Assembly (NCBI GenBank): GCA_025450395.1
Contig: JANWHK010000025.1
Coordinates: forward strand, 1 to 36,008
Length of the DNA stretch: 36,008 nucleotides
From: Bacteroidia bacterium
GTDB taxonomy: Bacteria; Bacteroidota; Bacteroidia; NS11-12g; UBA955
Reading direction: 5' to 3'
Shown: piece by piece, positions 18,301-25,207 of the stretch
How the letters are laid out: every line of letters starts with the position of its first letter
Numbering within the stretch: the first letter of the stretch is position 1
The notes under the pieces: generated by a model
What the model was told of the DNA's origin: nothing
Database searches by the model: none
The model's input: the letters and a program-made list of their open reading frames with translations, nothing else
Program-made: the position numbers and the translations under genes

Positions 18301-19021
18301 GAATATATGCAGTGGTGAATCCGCTGTTTTTGTCAACTTGTCGCGGATTGAGCAGGGAACCATGGATTTTCTCTGGGATTTTGGTGACAGCAGCCTTACA
18401 ACTACAGCTCCCAACCCTTTGCATCCATACAATGTGAACAAGACACAATTTTTTACAGTCACTTTAGTAGCCAATACGTTTGGCGGATGTGTGGATACCA
18501 TGACAAAAATAATAAAGGTGAATGAATTGCCTGATTGCAATTTCACCTATACACCTTTTGACCTGATAGGCAATAAAGCATTCAGGTTTACCCCTGCAAA
18601 CGGAACCTATACCGAATATGAATGGTTTTTCGGTGAAGGTGGCACCTCAACAAACAAGTCACCTATTTACCAGTTTTTATATCCCGGTATTTACACCGTC
18701 AGGCTAAGGGCAAAAAATTCGGGAGGATGTGAATGTGAACAATTGATAAAGATCAATGTAAACCTTTCAGGAGTTGAAGATTTGTATACAGGAGTTGTAA
18801 ACCTGTATCCCAACCCCGCTGATGAATTCATTGTCATCAGGTTGTCAGGGGAAGAGCATGGGGTGGCCAATATTTATAATCATCTTGGCCAGATCGTATA
18901 TACTGTTGACCTTGCTGAAACAACACAGGTCATGACAGGCGGATTCAGCAGTGGCCTGTATATTGTTGAGGTGGTAGCGGGCAATAAAAAGGTTCAGACC
19001 AGGATCAGTATCCTTCACTAA
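15332..19021 (+). CDS. T9SS cargo: Cys-rich N-terminal module, CARDB-like domain, Ig-like and beta-sandwich modules, about six PKD repeats, type A CTD
   Basis: Signal peptide MMKKILLYSVFLCLDQAVFCQS. A CARDB-like stretch (VAHVGNVGTNTVSNYMIGYSINGV). PKD cores (YKWYFSS, FTWDFGDK, AYWDFSDG, YVWSFSDG, FLWDFGDS, YEWFFGEGG). The C-terminus LYPNPADEFIVI...GLYIVEV...ISILH matches a type A Por sorting tail. The start is at ATG 15332 or 15335 (the track starts at TTG 15314). Confidence 0.9.
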   Translation: MMKKILLYSVFLCLDQAVFCQSKISYKAYFDYNAGYCPGDSQYDHWVDFITSLDTASSNKYLKITMRGTYDMTGKTCSEKYAVRQIADALYNGYDATVNCDGNKWSIGTGCSDYNCGSAPDYIELTLNNYTCNCGVSYTIRPGITSQNWGGIATETCQAWYPGVSQYMMVDMERIYGVDNLSMLSLTPFDGCLSTQDIVAHVGNVGTNTVSNYMIGYSINGVSQTPVYVTTVINSDGLARVKLASSFGFSPSTAYAFKVWTYSPNSKSDSDPTNDTFIFNYTHTGTPTVPNVSKVISCGQGKVNINANTNDSIAWFDAADKGELLGLGRDLTTPFLTSTDTFYAESIKFLQSQMTFGTGFNNYTTFSNDPGEYNGGMLKLNVNDIFKITGVKVQSVFGNPTPHYKVYYREGGFAGYETDSSAWTRIFDAELTNGSTYNTIPFNLLLKPGKDYGLYITTDPINGEDIWVNYGAYAYTNPDLTVEGGTAIYGKFGSLGVYSPWTLDMEFLYEKACKSAYRQPVVVVVNPKPYGSELITGPGFKGQDHFVATGQPDIGEPGMLMNYELTNPSGYNNADYGSTWLIDDISLTTGYGKAVDKSMYTFNDPDSLGNGTLSFTPDTSLLDSNIVVKIKYGDLGPYFCDTVVTRVIHIAPAPKPGFKILATICEGSEVYFNNLSTIHSGTMTYKWYFSSKDSSDLFEPIHLFDSFGIYPVRLVITSLPYHIRRDTTIMVNVNGIPKVDFRIENACQGQSVVFNNQTPGNKNLINFTWDFGDKTPQSTLVDPVHKYSVPSMYKVSLKADLNGCIGTLTKNAYLFSKPVVDFTAPSVPKCQDESLFFLNNSYIYQGKMGAYWDFSDGNYSTLFNTNYKFDGPGTYAVKLKMISEFDCMDSMVKIVTIKPTPVVDFMVDKLCSRDSSRFTNLSTEFTGITSFYVWSFSDGPKQTLRHVSKKWNSHGPKTVKLSSVLSNGCVAETERLFDVLIQPEANFNMQNICSGESAVFVNLSRIEQGTMDFLWDFGDSSLTTTAPNPLHPYNVNKTQFFTVTLVANTFGGCVDTMTKIIKVNELPDCNFTYTPFDLIGNKAFRFTPANGTYTEYEWFFGEGGTSTNKSPIYQFLYPGIYTVRLRAKNSGGCECEQLIKINVNLSGVEDLYTGVVNLYPNPADEFIVIRLSGEEHGVANIYNHLGQIVYTVDLAETTQVMTGGFSSGLYIVEVVAGNKKVQTRISILH
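18794..19018 (+). other. T9SS type A C-terminal sorting domain
   Basis: Last 75 aa: VVNLYPNPADEFIVIRLSG...IYNHLGQIVYTV...GLYIVEVVAGNKKVQTRISILH. Confidence 0.85.
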
Positions 19022-19566
19022 TCCTTTAACAGGTGTAAAAAGGTTTTTCTTAATTTATTGACCTTAGGTTCTATGACTGCAGTGCAATAACTATTTCTTT
19101 CCCTGTTTATGTTATAATAATCCTGGTGATAATCTTCAGCCGGATAAAAAGTATCCAGGGCGCTTAGTTCTGTCACAATTGGTCGACTGAAAATCCGCTC
19201 TTCCGTCAGGTTTTTAATATAATTTTCAGCCAAGAGTTTTTGTTCCTCATTGTGGTAAAAGATAGCCGAACGGTATTGTGTGCCAATATCAGCTCCCTGC
19301 CGGTTCAGTGTTGTCGGGTCGTGCATCGCAAAAAAAACGGTCAGCAACACATTAAAATCAATAATGGCAGGATCGTAAATGATCTGCACGGCTTCTGCAT
19401 GGCCGGTTGAACCTGTGCAAATTTCCTTGTAAGTAGGATTAACGGTTTTTCCTCCTGTATAACCACTAATGACCTTTTCGACGCCTTTTAACCGGTTCAT
19501 GGTGGTTTCTATACACCAAAAACAACCTCCGGCGAAGGTTGCAGTATCTTTTTTCGGATCATTCAT
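19018..19566 (-). CDS. msrA: Peptide-methionine (S)-S-oxide reductase
   Basis: Catalytic GGCFWC motif, plus GYTGG, HAEAVQI.YDP and YHQDYY. 182 aa. Its stop codon overlaps the stop codon of the convergent 15332..19021 gene. Confidence 0.95.
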   Translation of the reverse strand: MNDPKKDTATFAGGCFWCIETTMNRLKGVEKVISGYTGGKTVNPTYKEICTGSTGHAEAVQIIYDPAIIDFNVLLTVFFAMHDPTTLNRQGADIGTQYRSAIFYHNEEQKLLAENYIKNLTEERIFSRPIVTELSALDTFYPAEDYHQDYYNINRERNSYCTAVIEPKVNKLRKTFLHLLKD

Positions 19567-19619
19567 AGTCTTCTGGTTTTAATTAATTTAGCTGCATTCA
19601 ATGCCATGAAACAGGCCTG

Positions 19620-19627
19620 CAAAAATA
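19620..19627 (-). promoter_or_regulatory. Candidate -7 box (TATTTTTG) for msrA
   Basis: Reverse complement of CAAAAATA, 53 nt upstream of the msrA ATG. Confidence 0.4.
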
Positions 19628-19690
19628 CAGGATTTAGCTCAATTTTGCCCTATTTTTGGAATCAAAACGGTCAGTAAAAGATTTATTTAT

Positions 19691-19698
19691 TATATTTG
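19691..19698 (+). promoter_or_regulatory. Candidate -7 box (TATATTTG) only 7 nt before ATG 19706. An alternative box TATTTTTG lies at 19651..19658.
   Basis: Both are TAnnTTTG matches. The proximal one would give a nearly leaderless mRNA. Confidence 0.35.
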
Positions 19699-19705
19699 CA
19701 AAATC

Positions 19706-22117
19706 ATGCTTAAACGAAATTGCATCATTTTTTCCCTGTTTTTAATATTCATTGCTGGATGTCAGAAAAATACCAAAATAAACACAAAGGATATAGCCAG
19801 GGATAATTCTCCCTTGCCGGGATATTACGGTCAATGGTTGTATATCAAGACGGCTGGCACCAATGTCCTGCCGGATATGTCAAGGTACCAGTGGCAGAAT
19901 AGCTTGAATAAACGTTCTGCTTCAGATGCTTTGCTTAATGTATATGAATATGGACCGTCCAATGTTGCGGGCAGGATAAGGGCAATAGTTGCAGATTATT
20001 CCAATCCCAACAGGTTGATAATAGGCGCGGCATCCGGAGGTGTTTTTATTTCAGAGAATAGCGGTACCAGCTGGAGAGCTATCAATGACCAGGCCTTATC
20101 ACCAAGTATAACCTGGATGAGCCAGAACCCTTTTTTGCCTGAAGTTATTTATTATTGCACAGGTGAAGCTTCAGGAAACAGCGCCGATTTGATTGGAGCG
20201 GGTATTTTTAAATCATTTGATGGGGGCAATACATTTTCACAACTTCCTGCCACCAATAATACCAGCTTCAGCATGAACTGGTCTGTAAAATGTTCACCCG
20301 TGGATACCAATACACTTTATGTTGCCACACATGGTGCAGGATTGTGGCGTAGCCTGGATGCCGGACAGACTTTTTCAAGGGTATATTCAACGGTCAACCA
20401 GGTGAATGATCTTGAGTTATTTCCTGATGGATCGGTATTAATTGCAGTGAAAGGAAATGGTGTATACAGGTCGGCTTCAGGTAACCTCGGTTCTTTCTCT
20501 AAAGTTGCCAGTATTGGTTCAGCTTCAACAGCCAGGGGTGAATTGGCCTTTTGCAAAAAATTCCCGAATATTGTGTATGCAGCTATTTCAGGACTTGATA
20601 ACAGTTATTCCGGTGTTTTAAATAACTTTTATAAATCGAGTGACGGGGGCAAAACCTTTAAGGTTAAAACCAATCCGAATGGTAAAGTTAAATTTGGTTT
20701 TACATGGTATGCCATGAACATGTCTGTGAATGATAATGATTCCAATGGGATATTCATAGGTTCGCTGGATATTGGTTCAAGCAAGGATGGGGGACTGACA
20801 TGGTCCAGTAACACAGAAATGCACGCGGATAATCATATCGCTATCAATAGTGGTAACAAATTGTATCTCGGTAGCGATGGAGGTCTTTGTGTTTACGATT
20901 GGAGTAATTTTAATACTTTCACAAGCCTGAACAACAATTTGAATATTACCCAGTTTTATGCCGGGGATGTATCGCCTCATACGGTGGCAGTAATGGGAGG
21001 AACCCAGGACAATGGCACGAAAGAGAGTAAGAACCTGAGCAAATCTTTTTCATCTGTGAATGGATCAGATGGTGGGTATGCATTTTATCATGCCGGCAAC
21101 AGCGGTGTAAAATACTATTCTACGCAGAATGGAATTGTATTCAGGAGCGGGGATAAAATCAGCGATAACCTGCCTTCAGTAGATCCTAAATGGTTCATAC
21201 AACCTTATCATGTAAGTGAAACAAACGGTGATATTGTAGTGTATCCTTCTTATATCAATCTTTATTACAGTAATAGTGGGGGAAGCAGCTTTAAGAACCT
21301 GTATACCTTGCCCGGAGGCCGTTATTTCAGCAGCGCGACCTCTTATGATGATAATCCGGCGGTGTTTGCAGGAGGTGATGGTACTTTTGTAGCGGTGGAC
21401 TCAGCCAATAACACAAAACTCACACCGAAGAATCTCAAGCAGTTGATGCCATTTGCCATCAAGGCCTCTTTCCTGGGATGTATCAAGGTGATTCCGGGAT
21501 ACAGGGATAAGGTATATCTTGGATTCAGCAATATTTCTGATTCAGGACGTATCTATGTAGCCTCAAAACTATTCAGTGCCACACCTGTTTTTAAGAATAT
21601 CAGTGGCAACCTGCCAAAGGGATTACCTGTTAACTGGGTGGAATGTGATCCGATGGATCCGGAGAAAGTGATATTTGCCGGTACGGATTATGGTTTATAC
21701 ATCACCGAGGACGGCGGACTGAATTGGGAAAAGGATATCCGTTTCCCTTCCACCGTGGTCAGCAATATCAGGATACATAAGAACAAAAAAGATATCTATT
21801 TCTTTACCCATGGAAGAGGAATATTCAAGGGCCAGGTGAATAACAATGGTATAAGTTCTGTAGATGACAAATTCAGGGAGCAAAGCTCTGCCCTTATTTA
21901 TCCGAACCCTGCAAACGATATGCTGAATTTGAAAATTAATGCAGCCGGTCAGGGTGAATATACTGTATACGACCTGCAGGGAAGACAGGTATTAAGCGGT
22001 AAAATTGAAGGTGAGAAAAGTACAATATCCACTGTTTTACTACCCGATGGCCAATACGTTTTATGGTATAAAACCTCATCAGGAGAAGGAAAACAGAAGT
22101 TCAGTATCTTACACTAG
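19706..22117 (+). CDS. BNR/Asp-box repeat (sortilin/xyloglucanase-like beta-propeller) protein with lipoprotein-type signal peptide and T9SS type A CTD
   Basis: Seven SxDxGxTW-like Asp boxes (SENSGTSW, SFDGGNTF, SLDAGQTF, SSDGGKTF, SKDGGLTW, SNSGGSSF, TEDGGLNW). The N-terminus MLKRNCIIFSLFLIFIAGC carries a lipobox. The C-terminus reads LIYPNPANDMLNL...QYVLWY...FSILH. Confidence 0.88.
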   Translation: MLKRNCIIFSLFLIFIAGCQKNTKINTKDIARDNSPLPGYYGQWLYIKTAGTNVLPDMSRYQWQNSLNKRSASDALLNVYEYGPSNVAGRIRAIVADYSNPNRLIIGAASGGVFISENSGTSWRAINDQALSPSITWMSQNPFLPEVIYYCTGEASGNSADLIGAGIFKSFDGGNTFSQLPATNNTSFSMNWSVKCSPVDTNTLYVATHGAGLWRSLDAGQTFSRVYSTVNQVNDLELFPDGSVLIAVKGNGVYRSASGNLGSFSKVASIGSASTARGELAFCKKFPNIVYAAISGLDNSYSGVLNNFYKSSDGGKTFKVKTNPNGKVKFGFTWYAMNMSVNDNDSNGIFIGSLDIGSSKDGGLTWSSNTEMHADNHIAINSGNKLYLGSDGGLCVYDWSNFNTFTSLNNNLNITQFYAGDVSPHTVAVMGGTQDNGTKESKNLSKSFSSVNGSDGGYAFYHAGNSGVKYYSTQNGIVFRSGDKISDNLPSVDPKWFIQPYHVSETNGDIVVYPSYINLYYSNSGGSSFKNLYTLPGGRYFSSATSYDDNPAVFAGGDGTFVAVDSANNTKLTPKNLKQLMPFAIKASFLGCIKVIPGYRDKVYLGFSNISDSGRIYVASKLFSATPVFKNISGNLPKGLPVNWVECDPMDPEKVIFAGTDYGLYITEDGGLNWEKDIRFPSTVVSNIRIHKNKKDIYFFTHGRGIFKGQVNNNGISSVDDKFREQSSALIYPNPANDMLNLKINAAGQGEYTVYDLQGRQVLSGKIEGEKSTISTVLLPDGQYVLWYKTSSGEGKQKFSILH
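21890..22114 (+). other. T9SS type A C-terminal sorting domain
   Basis: Last 75 aa: ALIYPNPANDMLNLKINAAG...VYDLQGRQV...DGQYVLWYKTSSGEGKQKFSILH. It ends in the same SILH tetrapeptide as the 15332..19021 product. Confidence 0.85.
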
Positions 22118-22126
22118 ATACCCGAT

Positions 22127-22789
22127 ATGTCATCACATCATATCGTCAGGGATGGGCAGGAGCCGGCCCTGATTATTGCCAACGGGGAACAATGTTCTTC
22201 AAAAATACTTGATCAGTTACTGGAATGGAACCCATTTATTGTGGTGTTGGATGGGGCCTTGCAGAAAGTAATGGACCTCGGTATTAAATTTGATCTTGTA
22301 TTGGGTGATTTTGACCATACCAGTTCCGAGGAAATAAAAAGCATGATACCGCCTGATACTGAAATCGTATATGTACCCGACCAGGACAAAACGGATCTTG
22401 AGAAAGGCCTTGAACTATTGATCAGCAGGAAATACGAAGCTGCAAATATTGTGTGGGCCACGGGCAAGCGCAGTGATCATTACATGAACAATATTGCGAC
22501 ACTTGCGCGTTACCAGGACGCGATAAAGCTGGTGATGATTGATAATTATTCAAGGATATACCCTGTCAACAGTGGTTTCCGGAAACATTTCCAGGCACAC
22601 CATAATGTATCGCTTATCCCCTTGAACAAGGTTGTGAATCTTCAAACAGAAAACCTTGTCTGGAATTTAAAGCACCAGACTATTGAATATCCTTACAATA
22701 CCAGCAGCAGCAACAGGGTGGCAGAAACCGGCATCGTTTCAATCCATTTTGATTCAGGTAATTTGCTGATGATGGAATGTTGGGATTGA
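22127..22789 (+). CDS. thiN: Thiamine pyrophosphokinase
   Basis: 220-aa ORF with the TPK catalytic-domain motifs LVLGDFDH and PDQDKTDLEKGL, followed by a C-terminal thiamine-binding beta domain. It sits 9 nt after the BNR gene and is probably co-transcribed. Confidence 0.75.
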   Translation: MSSHHIVRDGQEPALIIANGEQCSSKILDQLLEWNPFIVVLDGALQKVMDLGIKFDLVLGDFDHTSSEEIKSMIPPDTEIVYVPDQDKTDLEKGLELLISRKYEAANIVWATGKRSDHYMNNIATLARYQDAIKLVMIDNYSRIYPVNSGFRKHFQAHHNVSLIPLNKVVNLQTENLVWNLKHQTIEYPYNTSSSNRVAETGIVSIHFDSGNLLMMECWD

Positions 22790-22793
22790 AGCA

Positions 22794-22835
22794 AATGAAT
22801 GATGAGTGATGAATGACGGGTGATGAATGATGGGT
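22794..22835 (+). repeat. Six tandem heptads AATGAAT GATGAGT GATGAAT GACGGGT GATGAAT GATGGGT (equivalently three 14-mers)
   Basis: Read directly with a strict 7-nt register. It starts 5 nt after the thiN stop codon (22787..22789). Confidence 0.85.
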
Positions 22836-22877
22836 TTATGCCGGATATTAATAATTTGCGGGATTTCGCAAAAAATG

Positions 22878-22885
22878 TATATTTG
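22878..22885 (+). promoter_or_regulatory. Candidate -7 box (TATATTTG)
   Basis: TAnnTTTG match 27 nt upstream of ATG 22913. Confidence 0.45.
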
Positions 22886-22912
22886 CCGGTAATCGAAAAC
22901 ACATTTTAACTC

Positions 22913-24559
22913 ATGAACAAAAAAATCTTATTTATCATTTTAGGGGTGGTGGTCATTGGCGCGGCTTTTTACATTTATAGTTTCAGAAGTGGCAGTTCCA
23001 AACACCTACGCCTTGTGCCTGCGAATGCTTCAGCATTAGTAACCTTCAACCTGAAGAAACTCACTGACAAGGCTGATTTTAACGGCAAATTCAAGGAGAC
23101 CAAATTGTACAAGACGATGTTGAGCAAATCCAAGGAATTGAAGGAGACTGATGGTATGGGCCTTCTGATGTCTGAGATATTAAAAAATCCACTCGACAAT
23201 GGCCTGGACGTTTTTAGCGATATGTATGTATTTGTACAGAACAATGCTGAAGATAAAAATATAGGTGTGGTAATGGATGTAAAGGACAAGAAAGATTTTG
23301 CCGCATTTATTGGGAAAATCCCCGGCTTGGCCAAAAATATGCATGACGAGAAAGGTTACCAGGTGTTTTCGCATGGCAACGATTATTTTGCATGGAATGA
23401 AAATGGCCTGTTGATTTTGGAAACTAGCAATAGCTACGGTGATGAGAAAAAGCAGGAGATTATAAAAATGTTTAATATCCTGATGGTACAGGATAAAAAG
23501 AACAGCATGGCTGAGAATAAGGAATTCAAGCAGTATTCAGATAATAAACACGATATAAGTCTCTTTCTCAATTATGGTGAGTTGATGAACACCTACAGCA
23601 AGATGACCGCCAATAATCCGATGGTTAAAAAGCTGATGGACAATTACAAGGGTATTTATATCAGTGGTGGCATATCGTTTGAGAATGACAAAATTGCCAT
23701 GTCATCAAAAACCCACGGTGATGCAAAGGCCATTGAGAAAATCAATTATCTCAATAAAAAAGGAGTAGACAATAAGGCATTGCAATACATTACGAATGAT
23801 AAAGTATATGCACTTTTTAGCATGAGCCTGGATATACCAAAAATAATATCAATGTTCGCTGATGAAAAAAGCATGATGCAAAGTCTTGAGCAAACCGCAA
23901 TGGGAATGGGATTGACTGTGAAGGAACTTGAATCTGTTTTCAGTGGTGAAATCACCATGGCCCTGGTAGATATTATCGAGATGGAAAGCAAGAACCATTC
24001 ATATAAAATGAATGAGGCGACCGGTGAAATCGAAATGGTCGAAGAAATTGCCAAACAACCCATGCCGGTCTTCACCTTGAATATGGGTATCAAGGACCGT
24101 GCTAATTATGACAAACTGATGAAGAATATTCCGATAGCAGTGATTAACGGCATGCGCAAGTTCCCACTCGGATATATTCCCACCTTTTATGCGATTGAAA
24201 CAGAATATGGCCTGACCTTTACAAATGACTCAACCCTGGGCGCCGGCATTGTGACAAACAAAAAAACCATGAAAGAGCCAAATGCAGAAGTTGCAGGCTT
24301 GATGACCGGTAAACCGTCAGCGGCTTATTTTAACTTGAATCTCAATAATTATCCTGCAGCAGTCTCTGATTATTTCAGCCGCATGGCAGGCGAGAAGAGC
24401 TTTTCATACTTCAAGGATTATATGTCCCTGTTTAATGACATGAAAGGCACTGGAGATGTGGATGGTGCCTCTTTTGAAATCAATCTCGTTAAAGGGGAAG
24501 GAAATTCGTTATTCCGCCTGCTGAAACAATTTGATACACTGCCTTTGGAAGAGTTGTAA
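22913..24559 (+). CDS. N-terminally anchored extracytoplasmic protein, DUF4836-like
   Basis: 548 aa. A single N-terminal TM helix (ILFIILGVVVIGAAFYIY) is followed by LRLVPANASALVTFNLKKL and a long soluble K/E/N-rich body. The family assignment is from memory of the N-terminal pattern only. Confidence 0.75.
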   Translation: MNKKILFIILGVVVIGAAFYIYSFRSGSSKHLRLVPANASALVTFNLKKLTDKADFNGKFKETKLYKTMLSKSKELKETDGMGLLMSEILKNPLDNGLDVFSDMYVFVQNNAEDKNIGVVMDVKDKKDFAAFIGKIPGLAKNMHDEKGYQVFSHGNDYFAWNENGLLILETSNSYGDEKKQEIIKMFNILMVQDKKNSMAENKEFKQYSDNKHDISLFLNYGELMNTYSKMTANNPMVKKLMDNYKGIYISGGISFENDKIAMSSKTHGDAKAIEKINYLNKKGVDNKALQYITNDKVYALFSMSLDIPKIISMFADEKSMMQSLEQTAMGMGLTVKELESVFSGEITMALVDIIEMESKNHSYKMNEATGEIEMVEEIAKQPMPVFTLNMGIKDRANYDKLMKNIPIAVINGMRKFPLGYIPTFYAIETEYGLTFTNDSTLGAGIVTNKKTMKEPNAEVAGLMTGKPSAAYFNLNLNNYPAAVSDYFSRMAGEKSFSYFKDYMSLFNDMKGTGDVDGASFEINLVKGEGNSLFRLLKQFDTLPLEEL

Positions 24560-24568
24560 TGTGTATTG

Positions 24569-25207
24569 ATGAAAATCCAGCTTAACCAGGTGATTCCTGC
24601 CCCACTCAGTGGCGAATACAGCGAGGAAAGTATATGGGGTAAAACCACAGAACTTAGCGGACCCTCTTATTATCTTGTCAACGCGGCCTCCGGTAAGGGC
24701 AAATCCACTTTGCTGAGTTACATCTATGGCTTGCGCAATGACTTCAGCGGGCATATCCGGATACAGGATAAGGATGTTTCGGTTATGACCCTCCGTGAAT
24801 GGTCGGACCTCAGGAAAACAAGGATCGCGATGATGTTCCAGGACCTGAGATTATTCGATGGCCTGACCGCCCTTGAAAACATCAACATGAAAAGGCAACA
24901 GACAAATACCGTATCTGTTGACGACATGATGCGCATGACAGAGACAATGGGTGTCTCCGGTCTTCTCGGCAAACAGGTCAGGTTCCTGTCCATGGGACAA
25001 CAACAGCGCATAGCACTTATCCGGACTTTAGTCCAGCCTTTTGAATATTTATTGCTGGATGAGCCATTCAGCCATGTCGACAAGGAAAATATTGCCAGGG
25101 CGGAACAATTAATTGAAGAGGCCTGCAAAAAAAATCATGCCGGACTTGTAGTCACCACTCTTGGCGAAAAATACGGCTTGAATTATCATGAATCCATATT
25201 TGTATGA
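24569..25207 (+). CDS. ABC transporter ATP-binding protein
   Basis: Walker A ASGKGKST, Q-loop MMFQDLRLF, signature LSMGQQQRIALIRTL, Walker B LLLDEPFSHVD. The start is set at ATG 24569 (the track starts one codon earlier at TTG 24566). It lies less than 10 nt after the upstream gene. Confidence 0.88.
   Translation: MKIQLNQVIPAPLSGEYSEESIWGKTTELSGPSYYLVNAASGKGKSTLLSYIYGLRNDFSGHIRIQDKDVSVMTLREWSDLRKTRIAMMFQDLRLFDGLTALENINMKRQQTNTVSVDDMMRMTETMGVSGLLGKQVRFLSMGQQQRIALIRTLVQPFEYLLLDEPFSHVDKENIARAEQLIEEACKKNHAGLVVTTLGEKYGLNYHESIFV

Noticed and set aside
8958-19021. Diversity-generating retroelement or cassette-type variation targeting the PKD repeat proteins
   Set aside because: The window contains no reverse transcriptase and no template-repeat/variable-repeat pair. 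Similarity between PKD modules is limited to short consensus cores (WDFGDG-type).
22118-22126. TPP riboswitch upstream of the thiamine pyrophosphokinase gene, or cobalamin riboswitch upstream of the adenosyltransferase gene (7400..7402)
   Set aside because: The upstream gaps are only 9 nt and 3 nt, far too short for either aptamer. Both genes are embedded in operons.
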